Of a stretch of 64,000 nt of DNA, positions 11,401 through 23,804 are shown piece by piece. The stretch covers positions 69,618,331 to 69,682,330 of the forward strand of contig NC_068988.1 of the NCBI RefSeq assembly GCF_001194135.2, in the 5' to 3' direction. Numbering within the stretch: the stretch's first letter is position 1; every line of letters begins with the position of its first letter. This stretch comes from Octopus bimaculoides. Taxonomy: Eukaryota. The position numbers and the translations under genes are program-made. The notes under the pieces were generated by a model. It searched no databases. It was not told the DNA's origin and saw only the letters and a program-made list of their open reading frames with translations.

Positions 11401-12314
11401 GACAGATGGATGGATGGCCAGATGGATGGATGGACAAATAGATAGACAAACGAATAGCTAGAGAGGGAGAGATGTGTATTTGTGTTTAGATGTGTTTAGA
11501 TATGTGTAATAGGAGTAACATTGTATTTATATTAACTGAACTCATATGCAATTGCGTAATGACTGCTAACTAAGTGGTGCTATTTGCTAACTCCTAAACC
11601 ATTATGTCAGCAAGATTGCAAGAATATATAAGTTTATTTTAAACATGAAATAATATTTCCTTATTTGCACAATTGTACATCTACATGCTGGTACTGATTG
11701 TGATGATGATCTTGTTGGTATTGGTGGTGGTGGTGGTGGTGAACATGATGATTGTGTTAGCAATGGTGGGGTGGGTGTTCTTGTTGTTGCTGTTGTTTTA
11801 TTCAACATCCTGAAAGTAACCTTATTCAGGGACCTTTTGAATGAGATGGGCTACTCTCTATTGTTGTTCTTGTTTTCTAGCCCCAAGTCAACCTGGAACC
11901 AACAGGAATATGTTCAATATTTCCAGATGTGACACTTCCACCTTTTATTTTAATGCAAAGTGTATACATGTCAGAGCAGACTGAATAATAGCAGATTTGT
12001 CTTATAAGATGCTGATATTTATTCTAGAATAAACCTGCAATGTCATCCATGTAACCATACAGGAATGACAAGGCCAACAGAACAAACATTAGGAATATTA
12101 ACAACATGGTTTTTCAATATCCTTCACACATTAATAAATTCAATGATTCTCTGCGGTGTGTAGTTTAACATGCATAACTTCATTATTACGAAGGCATAAC
12201 ATGTTAATCCTTTTGGACTGACACACATTGTCATAATAAGAGGGATTTTAATATTAAATCAGAGAAGCAATAATACTCCAGAGATTGTTTTGGCAACGAA
12301 GAATTCAGAAAACC

Positions 12315-12490
12315 ACTTCTCTCTCCCTCTCCCTCTACCTATCTCTATCCCTCTCTCTCTCTCCCTATCTCTCTCTCTCTCTTTCTCTCTCTTTCTCTGT
12401 CTGTTTGTTAGTATGTCTGTCTGTCTGTCTATCTCTGTCTCTGTCTCTCTGTCTGTCAGTCTGTCTGTCTGTCTCTCTCTGTCTCTCTCT
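12315..12490. repeat. Compound (CT)n/(CTGT)n microsatellite
   Basis: Directly visible. Confidence 0.9.
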
Positions 12491-13319
12491 TTATTTTGTT
12501 GTTATCTTCATCTTTGATCTCATGATTAATATCCTACTGAATTACATTGGCACCTTTCATTAGATTTCTGCAAAGAGATAAGACACTGAAAGAAAAAAAC
12601 ATTTTCTGATTGTTCTCAGGAACGTCTTGGAATTGAACGCTAAAATTATGACTACCGACTTGTCAAAACTGATGTTTGAATAAATTCCCTGTTCAGTCAC
12701 ATGAACGTTAACACTGCATAAATCATTATATTCAATGATTATTTCACCTGGTGTTAGATGCAGTTCTTTTCAAGATAATGGCACAAAATGGTTTTCAGAT
12801 CTGGACATTGAAAGAATGCTTGGATTCGAGCCAAAATATTTAGCAACTTGTAAGTATTGTGCCTCTCATTTGCTGCAAAAATTCACTGTTTTTTCCTGTT
12901 ATTCTACATTGTTAAGTTAATTATTACTCTGAAGCAGGAGATATAAAAAAAGAAAATTTAAATTAAAAAAATATTGGAATATCATGGAAAGCCAAATTTC
13001 ACACATATTGCTGGTACATCTTTTTTTATTCTCCTCCAACCTTTCAACAGATGATAAGTTGAGTGCAATTAACCTCTTTATCTTTACTCACTTTCCATCA
13101 CTCTCCCGCTTCTTTGCTCTTCACCCAACATTTGTTCTTATTTCTCTTAGAAACAGAGAAGATAATTTCACAAAACACTGGTAAATATTTTTTTACTTAC
13201 TTCAAAAGATAAAAGTGAAGTCAACAGCACTTAACACCATCATTTTTAGATTTTTTCACCTTACACTTTTTTTTTATTATTATTATTAATCCAGTTTTGA
13301 TATTATTATTATCAATCCA

Positions 13320-13760
13320 GTAAGCTAGCAGAATCGTCAACATGCAGGATGAAATACTTAGTGGCATTTATTCCAGCTCTTTAGGTTCTGAGTTCAAATT
13401 CCACTGAGTTTGACTTTGCTTTTCATCCTTTCGGGGGTCAAAACAATAGGTTCCACTTGAGCACAGGGGTCAATGTAATCATCTTCCTCCTCTCCTCAAA
13501 ACTGCTGGTCTTGTTTCAAATTTAGAAAGAATTATTATTAAGGTGGTGAGTGGAGAGAATCATTAACACACCAGACAAAATGTCTTGTGGTATTTTGTTT
13601 GTCTTTACATCTTGAGTTCAAATTCCACTGGAGTCAATTTTATCTTTTATTCTTTTGGGATCAGTAAAATAAGTAACATTTAAGCATTGGAGTTGATGCT
13701 ATTAACTAGCCCCCTCTCTCAAAAATTTCAGATATTTTGCCTATAGTAGAAAAAATTATT
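13320..13760 (+). mobile_element. Two tandem SINE family B copies
   Basis: Two successive head, B-box (gagttcaaattcc) and Deu/Nin-like units separated by an attattatt tail (about 13320-13525 and 13538-13760). Confidence 0.8.
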
Positions 13761-13834
13761 ATAATTATAATTCAGATATGAAATAGAAGCAACATAAGTG
13801 TAATAAACATTATCAACCATGTATTTTTAATGCA

Positions 13835-14129
13835 TATGTTTTGTGTATTTGCTGGTAGGCTGTGATTTGGTATGGTGGCAGATATTCTCTGAAAGTACTG
13901 GGTGTTAAAACATCTGAAAGTCATGGACAGGTGAGATAACTAGCCTCTAATCTCATGATGCTGATAAGCCACAAAAACAGTGAAACATCAATGTCCATCA
14001 CCCTTAGATTGGATTAGAGGTGAGTTATCTCACCTGTCCATAACTTTTAGGTGTGTTAACACCTAGCACTTTCAGAAAGTATTCTCCACCATCCCAGATC
14101 GCAGCCTACTGGCAAATACACAAAGCATA
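13835..14129. mobile_element. Fold-back MITE with ~120-bp inverted arms and TA flanks
   Basis: 13837-13953 is the reverse complement of 14011-14127 with scattered mismatches (e.g. atggacaggtgagataact / agttatctcacctgtccat). TA occurs at 13835-13836 and 14128-14129. Confidence 0.75.
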
Positions 14130-14149
14130 TATGTTAAGTGTATGCAGTC

Positions 14150-14312
14150 GATAATATTTATTATAATTATCACTATTATATATTATTATAATTATCATTA
14201 CTATATTTATATTATAATTATCACTATTATATATTATCACTATAATATATTATTATAATTATCACTATCATATATTATTATAATTATTATTATCATTATG
14301 ATTATGATTATT
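14150..14312. repeat. AT-rich minisatellite (attataattatcactattatat-like units)
   Basis: Directly visible imperfect tandem of ~20-25-bp units. Confidence 0.8.
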
Positions 14313-14331
14313 GGGGTGGTGAGCTAACAAA

Positions 14332-15185
14332 ATCGTTAACACACTGGATGAAATACTTAGCAGTATTTCGTCAGTTGCTACATTTTGAGTTCAAATTCCG
14401 CTGAGGCTGACTTTGCCTTTCATCCATTTGGGATCGATAAATTAAATATCAATGAAACACTGGGGTCGATGTAATTGACTAGACCCCTCCCCCAAAATTT
14501 CAGGCTTTGTGCCTATTGTAGAAATGATTATTATTATTTTGTCTGCTGCTGTGTTCTGAGTTCAAATTCTGCTGAGGTCGACTTTGTTTTTCATCCTTTC
14601 GGGGTCGATAAAATTAGTACCAGTTGTATACTGAGGTTGAGCTAATCGATTGGCCCCCTCCTGCAAAATTTCGGGCCTTGTGCTTATAGTAGAAAGGATT
14701 ATTATTATTATTATTAAGGCAGTGAGCAGGCAAAATCATTAGCACATCGGGTAAAATGCTGAGCAGCATTTCATCTGTCTTCACGTTCTGAGTTCAAATT
14801 CCACCCTGGTCAACTTTACCTTTCATCCTTTCGGGGACAATAAAATAAGTACCAGTTAAGACACTAGGGTGGATGTAATCAATTTACTCCCCACCCCAGT
14901 GATATTGCTGGCCTTTTGCCTATAGTAAAAAGGATTATTATTATCACTACTACTACTACTACTACTACGATGGTAGAGTGGCTGAATCATTAATGTCTCA
15001 GACAAAATGCCCAGTAGTATTTGTTCCAGCCCTTTGCATTCTGAGTTCAAATTCTGCCATGGTCAACTTTACTTATCATTGCTCTCGGGACAATAAAATA
15101 AAATACTAATCAAGTATAGGGTTTGATAATATCAATTAACTATTTTCCTTCAAATTATTGGTTTTTGTGCCTAAATTAGAAACAA
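14332..15185 (+). mobile_element. Four tandem SINE family B copies
   Basis: Units at about 14332-14525, 14545-14700 (5'-truncated), 14716-14935 and 14975-15185. Each has gagttcaaatt and all but the last (ctcgggacaataaa) have cctttcgggg-like cores; (ATT)n or (ACT)n linkers separate them. Confidence 0.85.
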
Positions 15186-15734
15186 TTGTTGTTGTTATTT
15201 TTATGAAAAGAAATGAAAATACTCTTGATTGTTACTGATAATAATGGAACCAGTGGTGTTCATAGGGATATTGGTCAATATAAGCAGTACTGATGAATAT
15301 TGTAGTTTTGTTTGTTTGTTTTTTTTTGTTTTTTTTTTGTTTTATACCACCTATCCCTTAATGCATGCACTTTAATGCAACTATTGTCTGCTCAATCAAA
15401 ACATATTTATTATAAAATATAGATAGTGATAGACAATGTAAACTAACAAGAATGCAAAGGTTTAATGTATAATGTTTTTATAGTTTTTTTCCTTTCATTT
15501 TGAAGTAACTTTATTTGAATTTGCTAGAACTTTACCAATATAGATAATGGCTTCAACTTGGTTCCATAAAGATTGTTTACTTCTTAATATAAAGTGAAAA
15601 ATAATAGATAGCATCTCACAAAGTACTGCTTCCAAAGATACTGACTCTTAGGACTGCACCTGCAATACTAATCAGCATGGCCACAATTTAATTAGTAAAA
15701 CAAATAAAAAATTTAAAGTAAGATATACTGAAAC

Positions 15735-16085
15735 AAAAAGACCAGATACAGCTATAGAAGACAAGATAGCAAACTGTAAGATCATATAAGACCCTATGAT
15801 AGCAGTGATCATACCAAAGAAATTGAAAAGAATATTCAGAAATATCAGGATCTAGCCTGTGAGATGAAGAGACTGTGGAAGTCTAAGACAACAATTATTC
15901 CAGTGGTAATTGAAGCACTTGGCACAGAGCCCAAAATTCTACAAAAATGATTGGAAAATATTGGAATTGGAACTTGCATTACTGACGTGCAAAAAGTACC
16001 ATTCTATATTCTGCAAGGAAGATTCTTGAGATTTGAGGAGACTTGTTGTCACCAAATTTCAAGATAAAGTTCCTGCTAATGAAAT
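15735..16085 (+). mobile_element. R4/Dong-clade LINE 3' fragment (RLE C-terminus)
   Basis: Translation includes KRPD..., QKYQDLACEMKRLWKSKTTIIPVVIEALGTEPK, followed by an (AAT/GAT)n tail. Confidence 0.7.
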
Positions 16086-16157
16086 TATGATGTACTAGCA
16101 TAATAATGATAACAATAATAATAAAAATGATGATGATAATGAGGAGGAGGAGGAAGA

Positions 16158-16480
16158 AGCATCATAACCATATGTTGAGAGGAATTCTGTGGAATTTTGC
16201 TCAATATCCTTAAATAAACTTTATTCAAGCACCAGTTGAGTGAGATGGGCTAACTTGTTCTGAAGAAAATTCTAACTGGGCCCCACCTGCGAGGTCATGT
16301 GCTGTGTATCTTGATATGAAGTCACACTGTCGTGCACATATGGCTGTGATGCATGTGCCTAGTGTACCCTTATCAGACGGGTAGTCATGATGGGTATACT
16401 GGGCTTCCTATATTTTACCCCAGTGTCACTTTGGTGGCATGCACTGCTCTGTTACTCAATAATAATAATAATAGTAATAT
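16158..16480 (+). mobile_element. Repeat family E, 3' portion
   Basis: High similarity to 10330-10669; ends ctctgttactc(aat)n. Confidence 0.8.
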
Positions 16481-16482
16481 AC

Positions 16483-17330
16483 AGTCAGTTTGAAAGAGAT
16501 GCGAACACCAAGACAGATACAGAGGACTGGTGGCTTTGGATGAGGAGGAGTGACCTGAAGATAGAGACAAAAGCACTCATATACACAACTCAGGAACAAG
16601 CATTAAGGACCAACTATATGAAGTGCAGAATAGACAACACTACCAACGGTGACAAATGCAGAATGTGTGGTGAGAGGAGTGAAACGTTATGGTCCATTGT
16701 TAACAAATGCCAGAAATTGGCACAAAGCAAATACAAAAGATGACATGACAATGTGGTAAGAATAATCCATTGGGAGCTTTGTAAAAATTACAGCCTACAA
16801 AGAGCAAAGACATGCTATGAGAAAATCCCAGGAGTCACCCAGAATGATATTTGCAAAGTCTTGTGGGATGCAATGATTCAGTGGGATCACCTGACCAGAT
16901 ATAGGAAACTGGAGATTGTTGTGGTGAATAAAAAAGAAAGAACATGCATGATAATCGACATAGCATGCCCCAGTGGCAACAGGATCAATGAAAAAGAAGA
17001 AGAAGAAAAAGTAAATAGCTATGACAACATGAAGTGGGAAATACGAAGTTTGTGGTCAATGAAGAGATTAGACGTGTTACCAATAGTAATTGATGCACTT
17101 GGAAGTATCAGCATTCAACTACCAGCATGGCTGAAAAAGATTGGTGCAAGTGTAAAGGTAGAACACCTACAAAAATCAGTATTGCTTGGAACTGCAAGAA
17201 TTCTTCGCAGTGTTCTTGAAGCATGACCACTGAACAAGTGTCACCATAGTCTTCTGGCTGTGGACAGCTGACACTTTCTGTCATATCCAGCAAAATAAGA
17301 TGAAAGTTTTTATCACATAATAATAATAAT
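16483..17330 (+). mobile_element. R4/Dong-clade LINE 3' end: CCHC knuckle, RLE domain, 3' UTR, (TAA)n tail
   Basis: ORFs 16387-16743 and 16753-17226 give QEQALRTN, CRMCGERSETLWSIVNKC..LAQSKYKR*HDNV, LWD..RKLEIVVV..CMIIDIACP and PIVIDALG..LQKSVLLGTARILR. Same family as 36575-38148. Confidence 0.92.
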
Positions 17331-17331
17331 C

Positions 17332-17530
17332 CTTTCTACTAAAGGCACAAAACCTGAAATTTTGTGGGAGGAGACTAATCAGTTACATCGACCCCCCCCC
17401 CCTGTTTCACTGGTACTAAATTATCGACCCCAAAAGGATGAAAGGCAAAGTCGATCTTGGTGGAATTTGAACTTAAAATGTGAAGACGGATGAAATACTG
17501 CCCAGTGTGTTAACAATTCTGCCAGCTCAT
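17332..17530 (-). mobile_element. SINE family B copy
   Basis: Reverse-strand head gagctggcagaattgttaac, gagttcaaattcc-like box and tttcatccttttggggtcgataa core. Confidence 0.8.
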
Positions 17531-18602
17531 CGTCTTGATAATAATAATAATAATAATAATAACAACAACAACAACAACAGTGAGCAAATATAAAGAACTT
17601 GAAATAGAAATTGGTAAAATGTGCAACCTGAAGACTAGAACAATACCTATTAGCTGATCGTTCCCTGTCTTAGATACTAGGAAATTCAAAAAGTAGTGCT
17701 CATGAGAACTGCTCATATCCTTAGTAAAATATGATTCCCAAAACATTTGTTTTTGTGATTCCAAAAATATTTTAATCTGTGAACATTATCAAAAGTACTT
17801 TTAAATGTACATAATAACAAATACATTTTACAGTCATCTTAAGATCACATTATCATCTTATGATCAAATTACTTTTAAAACAAAATTTTAATTTTCTTAT
17901 GTTTTAACTGACACTTCCTAGAACAATACTTTGTGAAAAACTAAAAATATGGTACCCTAGTCATAATACCAATTTGAACAAGGCATCTTTCTCAAAACTA
18001 GTCATCTTAATAATTGAAACACAAGAAAGCATTATTTGCATACTCTATAATAATTCTAATTCTACCAGTTACTCTTGATGTTTTTAATTCTAACTCCTTG
18101 ACTAAAGGTACAGTACCCCAGTGTATTGTATAAAAAGTTACCTCCGCTAAAGCACATATTGCCCTTACTATTAATTGTTTCAAATCTCTGTGCAACAAAC
18201 ACATCTTCTTTTTCAGGAATCCTTCTAGATGTCATACATCTCTTTCAACCTATATCTGGGCATTTAAGAATAAGAATAGAAACCTGACTTAAACTAGAAG
18301 ATATATAACAGAAAATTTTTAATATTTGTAATAATGATATCTTTGAAATTTTCTTCAAGGATACTGCATTCGTTGTAATTTCTTAAAACTACAATTTTCA
18401 ACATCTTCAAATACTTCCAACCTATCTCTTAGTACTGACATATGTTCATAATTATAGGTGAACCCCCTGAAATCTAATTGCAAACATTTTTAAGTATTTG
18501 AACATGCTCACACTCATTTAACTACTGCTAATTACCTAAATTTCATCACCAAATATATCCCAAGGCATTGATTATATCGATATTAATATATTGATTTTGT
18601 AC

Positions 18603-18797
18603 AGTGGCAAGTTGGCAGAATTATTAACATGTTAGGCAAAATGCTTAGCTGCATTACATCCATCTTAATGTTCTGAGTCGACTTTGCTTTTCATCCTTTT
18701 GGGGTGGATAAAGTAAGTACCAGTTGAGCACTGGAGTCGATGTAATAAACTTACCCCACCCCCAAAATTGCTGGCCTTGTGCGAAAACTTGAAACGA
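18603..18797 (+). mobile_element. SINE family B copy (small internal deletion)
   Basis: ggcaagttggcagaatt...gtcgactttgcttttcatccttttggggtggataaagtaagtaccagttgagcactgg. Confidence 0.8.
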
Positions 18798-18856
18798 ATA
18801 TATGAAGTTTGATTAATGTTGTACATTTCAAAAACTTACTTTTCACTAGCTAAATA

Positions 18857-19155
18857 TGTGGCCTGGTGCTAAGGGTGTTGCTTTTAGAATCACAGTTTTG
18901 ATTCCTGATCCAGGTCCAGGTCTGTCCAGTGTTCAGGAGCAACAAAAAATAAAAAACAAATCACTTCTTTTTATGTTGCTCCAGTTCACCCAGCAGTAAA
19001 TGAGTTCCAGCAATAATTGAGAAGTTAAAGTTGTGCTGACCAGCATTCCATTCAGCTGGAGGTGGGGGATGTTGGAATCTCAGTCACTCATATTCCATGG
19101 AAACCAGGTAAAGCTCCAGCCTTATGAGTCCCAGGGCTAATGACAGACCTTCATC
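18857..19155 (+). mobile_element. Old SINE-like element, unrelated to families A-C
   Basis: A-box-like tgtggcctggtgctaag, a degenerate B-box, ctccagttcacccagcagtaaatgag and tail gaaaccaggtaaagctccagccttatgag. These resemble conserved-domain SINEs. Single degenerate copy. Confidence 0.3.
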
Positions 19156-20978
19156 TAAGTTATACACCTAATAACCTATAGATATCTCCAAGCTATCTCT
19201 TACCTATTTTGTGAAACCTAAATAAACAGTTTGTTATAGATATGTTTAACAAACAAAGCTAAGCATACTAAATTACTTTCCACCCTCACTTCTACTAATA
19301 TAATTACTTTCAGTTCTCTGATATAATTACTGTCTATTCTCTACAACTTGTATTAAGTTTGTATGCTCCACTCCTTTCATTATATTTGGTTTGCAGGTTC
19401 TTATGTCAAAATATTAGTTTTTCCTTCAGGCTATTGTAATAACTGTTTTCTTAATGAAAAACTTACCTGCTTTCTTCAGATAATATCTTTCTCCCTTTCC
19501 AAAGCAACTTTATCAGACATTTCCAATATTAATCTATTTACTTATTTACACATTTGTAAACTTCATTACTCATCCCGGCAGAAATTGTCAAGAATTCTGA
19601 TAATAGATTCTTAATTATCACCTCTCCTCTATTAAAATTTGTATCAACAAGAAAATCTATATGTGTTAAACCTATTGTGTAATCTCAAGGATCTGGGTTC
19701 AATTCTTAGTATTTTTTCCTAATTTTTATTTCATGTGTTAAGTTCAAAGGATTTTTTCTCAATACTCTTTTCAACCTTTAAGTATTTTTTAAAATATTCT
19801 TTAACTTCATATCAATATGACACCCTCCACCATATTTCTTCATGCTCCAAATGGACACATTCTTTTTGTCTAATTTAAATCTCCTATCAAGTTTTTTTTC
19901 AATAACAGCTTCTCTATCACGTCTTTCTTCCTCTTACTTTCTATCTTCCTTCCTTTCTACATTTTCTCTTTTCTTCCTTTTATTTTCTGTCTTCCTTCCT
20001 TTCTATCTTCCTTCCCTTCTGTCTTCCTTCCTTCCTTTCTTTCTGCATTTTCCCTTTTCTTATATATCCTCTTTCTTCTATTACTTTCTTTTACTTTCTC
20101 TCATTCTTCTTCCTGTACCTTCTTCCATTTCCACTGTTTTGCTACCTTTTTAGATACAATGTCTTTGATTTGTACAAGTCTTATTCCTAATAGTATGTAA
20201 TGTACTCTTTAAGATAGTAATTTCAGCTTACTCTGAAGCAATGACAGTCAAAACTTGGTCATGCTGTTAGGGAAACTAGAATATATGTGTGTATGAGGAA
20301 GAGATAGTGAGTGTATTTATTCAAAAATTTTTTTATTGTACACTTCCAGTAAAAAATACCTTGATTTCAGATAAACTCAAATATGTATATACGCACAGAC
20401 ATGTATGTACATAAACACACACACACAGATACACCTGCACATACGAGCAAATGCATACACATATATTCACACACACACATTGATGTAGTATAAAATGACT
20501 TCTATATTATATAATGTTTTTCATTGTGATTGTAAACAAATATAAAACCTAAACAAACACGCATTCTTGCAAACAGTCTAGTTATTTGTTTACACTTTTG
20601 GGCTTGATAAAACCTTATCAGTAACTAAATTCACACAAGCTTTGCATCAGATATTGCAGCTATTTTTTATACAATTTAACAATTCCCTGATCTTCAATCT
20701 TTCACCATTTGTACACACATCCATTTATCAAATCTACACCATAACAATGAAATGAGATAGAATAGCAGCAAAATATAAACACACACGATAATGAAGCCCT
20801 TAAATACCAAAGACATAGCTAAAAATATTGAATCTGTGGAAAACCTTACACACATAATCCAATAGCTGTCTCCTTTTTGTAGTAGTTTGCTCCATTAGGA
20901 TAAAAATGATTAAATCTTTTCAACTACAGGCTAGCATCATAAACAAAATGGAGATACTGAATAATACAGTTTCAAATA

Positions 20979-21326
20979 TTGTTGTTGGCATTCCATCACT
21001 TACGACGTTGAGGGTTCCAGTTGATCCGATCAACGGAACAGCCTGCTCGTGAAATTAGCGTGCAAATGGCTGAGCACTCCACAGACACATGTACCCTTAA
21101 TGTAATTCTCTTGGATATTCAGCGTGACACAGTGTGACAAGGCTGACCCTTTGAATTACAGGCACAACAGAAACAGGAAGTAAGAGTGAGAGAAAGTTGT
21201 AGTGTAAGAGTACAGCAGGGTTCGCCACCATCCCCTTCTGGAGCCTCGTGGAGCTTTAGGTGTTTTCACTCAATAAACACTCCCAATGCCCAGTCTGGGA
21301 ATCGAAACTGCGATCCTATGACCGCG
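20979..21326 (-). mobile_element. SINE family D, 5'-truncated, (CAA)n tail, CpG-rich
   Basis: Reverse strand begins cgcggtcataggatcgcagtttcgattccc (B-box) and ends gttgatcggatcaactggaaccctcaacgtcgtaagtgatggaatgccaacaacaa. Confidence 0.65.
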
Positions 21327-21533
21327 TGTAAAGACGACTGGTCATGGTCAGATTACTGAATCATCGATTTACCCATTAAAGGTGACTCTGGCCTCAATGA
21401 AATTAAATGTTATTTCATTTTAACTATCCTATGAAATATGATGTTTGTTTCTCAAGGATATTTTATGTCTCCATGTGACTTCATGACATTTTATAATTCT
21501 GCAAATATTTTATCAAACTCTTCTGATGATAAA

Positions 21534-22440
21534 TATGAAGTGGTACCAAAATGTTCTTATATAAGTTATCTTTAATAGAAAATAACTTATTTACTTAAGT
21601 TTTAACATCACCTTCTTCTAAATAGTTACCTTGTGCAGTAATACACCAGTCCCTGCATTCCTGCCACTTTTGGAAACTGACCTGGGAGTCATTTTTTGTA
21701 AGTGAGTTGAAGACCTTCTGTCATTCACTCTTGATCTTGACAATGGTGTTAAAATGGCAACCTTTGAGCTGCATTTTTTATTGTAGGGAAAATATAGAAG
21801 TCTGCAGGTGCTAAATCTGGTGAATAGGGTGATTGTAGAAGTGAAACCATGTTGTTTTGATGAGAAACTCATGAGTGTGGAGAGCTCAGTGACAGAGTGC
21901 ATTGTCATCATGAAGTATCCAATTCTTCATGCTCCACAGATCCAGTTGCTTTTGATGAATATCCTCCTTCAAGTGCTTCAAAACATCATTGATTGTCCTC
22001 TAATGATCCTCATGCACAAGCTGATGAGTTTTCTTCACATTTTGGTGGGTGGCACTTGTGAGAGGTCTTCCAGATTACACCTTGTTTTCCACTTTTGAAG
22101 CACCCATGCCACTTGAAACATTGCATACAACTCATTGCTCTGTTGCCGTAAGTTTGCTGAAGCATGCTCAATGTTTCTGTAACAGACTTCCCAAGTTCAA
22201 TGCAAAATTTCACGTTGGCTCTTTGTTCCAACTTCCTGTCCATGACAAAAATCTCAGGCTACAGCATACACATGATCACAAAAATACAAATTTCACAACT
22301 TGCAAAGTAAACACAGCTATGTCATTTGGCACACTGCCTCATGAAGATCACTGCTATCTCTCACTGCACATGCAACCATATGCTGCCATCTGTTGGCACA
22401 CTACAGAACTAGTCCAGGAACCTTTTAATACCACCATGTA
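21534..22440 (-). mobile_element. Internally deleted mariner (DD34D-type) transposon
   Basis: N-terminal EQRANVKFCIELGKSVTETLSMLQQTYG (22010-22243), PYSPDLAPADFYIFP near 21780-21830 and C-terminal AQGNYLEEGD. Degenerate TIRs tatgaagtggtaccaaaatgttc and gaaccttttaataccaccatgta, each with a terminal TA. Confidence 0.88.
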
Positions 22441-22945
22441 TATCTGAAGCTTCTGAAGCATATGAGACTGAAGATTTGCAACTGGAAATTTCCTCTCAAA
22501 GTGTAGGTTTATATGGAAAATCCATCAGTTACGTGTGAAATTCTCACTTCTTTATGCCATTGATGTTATTTTAAGAGAGGAAAAGCTTGATAACTTGATA
22601 TCACTATTGTCGCAGTCAACTAGAATAGATTCTACAAAGCATCCTGTCTAATGATGTAATAATTCCACCAAACCATTGAACTAGTATTTTATTGATGTTT
22701 TCTTCCACAATGTATATCATTTTGAATGATATTGATGTAATCCTCTCATGAAAACTTCCACCAAATGCATCTTGTCCAATATAACCCTCTATAACAGAAA
22801 ACAAGAAAATATCCTGTAATACTCTGGAAGTCAGATGGTCAGAGAACATGAATAACTGAAAGACTGGAAAAAAAAATGAACCTCCAGATCCCACACTCTG
22901 ATTCTAAATTTACATTCACTAGGACACTTCTTCAGGTTACTAAAT

Positions 22946-23350
22946 CTTTTACCTTTTATCTTTTACTTGTTTTAGTCATTAAACTGTGACCATGCTGAGG
23001 CACCACCTTTTAGAATTTTTAGTAGAATGAATCAACCTCAGTACTTTTTTTTTTAATTTGCCAAACTGCTAAGTTTTGGTGACATAAACACACCAACACC
23101 ATTGGGGGACAGACATAGACATGAACACACACACACACATAGAGAGAAACACGCACATATATGTACACATATTTATATACCGTGGGCTTCTTTTGAGCTT
23201 CTGTCTACCAAATCCATTCACAAAACTTTGGTCTGCCTGAGGCTGTAGAAGAAGATACTTGCCCAAGGGGGGGGGGGCTACACAGTGGACAGAACCCAGA
23301 ACGATGTGGTTGGGAAGCAAGTTTCTAACCACACAACTACATCTGAGCCT
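22946..23350 (-). mobile_element. SINE family A, full-length degenerate copy
   Basis: Head, cttgggcaagt core, internal (TA/TG)n and tail ...gactaaaacaagtaaaagataaaag. Confidence 0.8.
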
Positions 23351-23804
23351 ATTAAGTATTTTTCAATCTTAGAAAAATCCTTGTAAATAGCTCAGTTAGA
23401 AGTAGACAGACAATATTTATGATTCTTTTGCAGGAATTTTAAGACAGCTGAGAGGAGAGAGAGGGAACAGAACAGAACCTCATTCTGCTTATATGCTGCA
23501 TTTTTATCATGATTTCTATAACTGGATACCCATCTTAAAGCCAACAATCTTACAAAGTGTACAGAACAAATTTTATTGCAATACTACCACTTGAGAAAAT
23601 ATTATGTCCTGGTGTGATTAAAGCATCCTCTTTACCCAAATTATATCTGCATGACAGCTAAGTAACTTTACTCAGTTTGCTGAATGCATTTTACTATGGT
23701 ACTGTAGCAAGTCGTTAAAAGTGGTAATATGATGTAATGGTCATGTTGCCTAAACAAGTATAATAGTTAGTTCCCCATTGGTTAAAATTACGGCCCATAT
23801 TTAG

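Noticed and set aside
13320-15185. CRISPR-like or regularly spaced array
   Set aside because: The units are ~200-bp diverged SINEs with microsatellite linkers in a eukaryotic context, with no constant repeat-spacer period and no cas genes.
17650-19850. Decayed L1/Tx1 ORF remnants on the minus strand
   Set aside because: A single weak GRIRIII..FLCFNY resemblance to an APE endonuclease is too degenerate to call without an HMM.
21330-22900. piggyBac-like acidic N-terminus in the sequence flanking the 21.5-kb mariner
   Set aside because: There is only a loose acidic peptide (SSDDK..SEASEAYETED) with many stops and no diagnostic motif.
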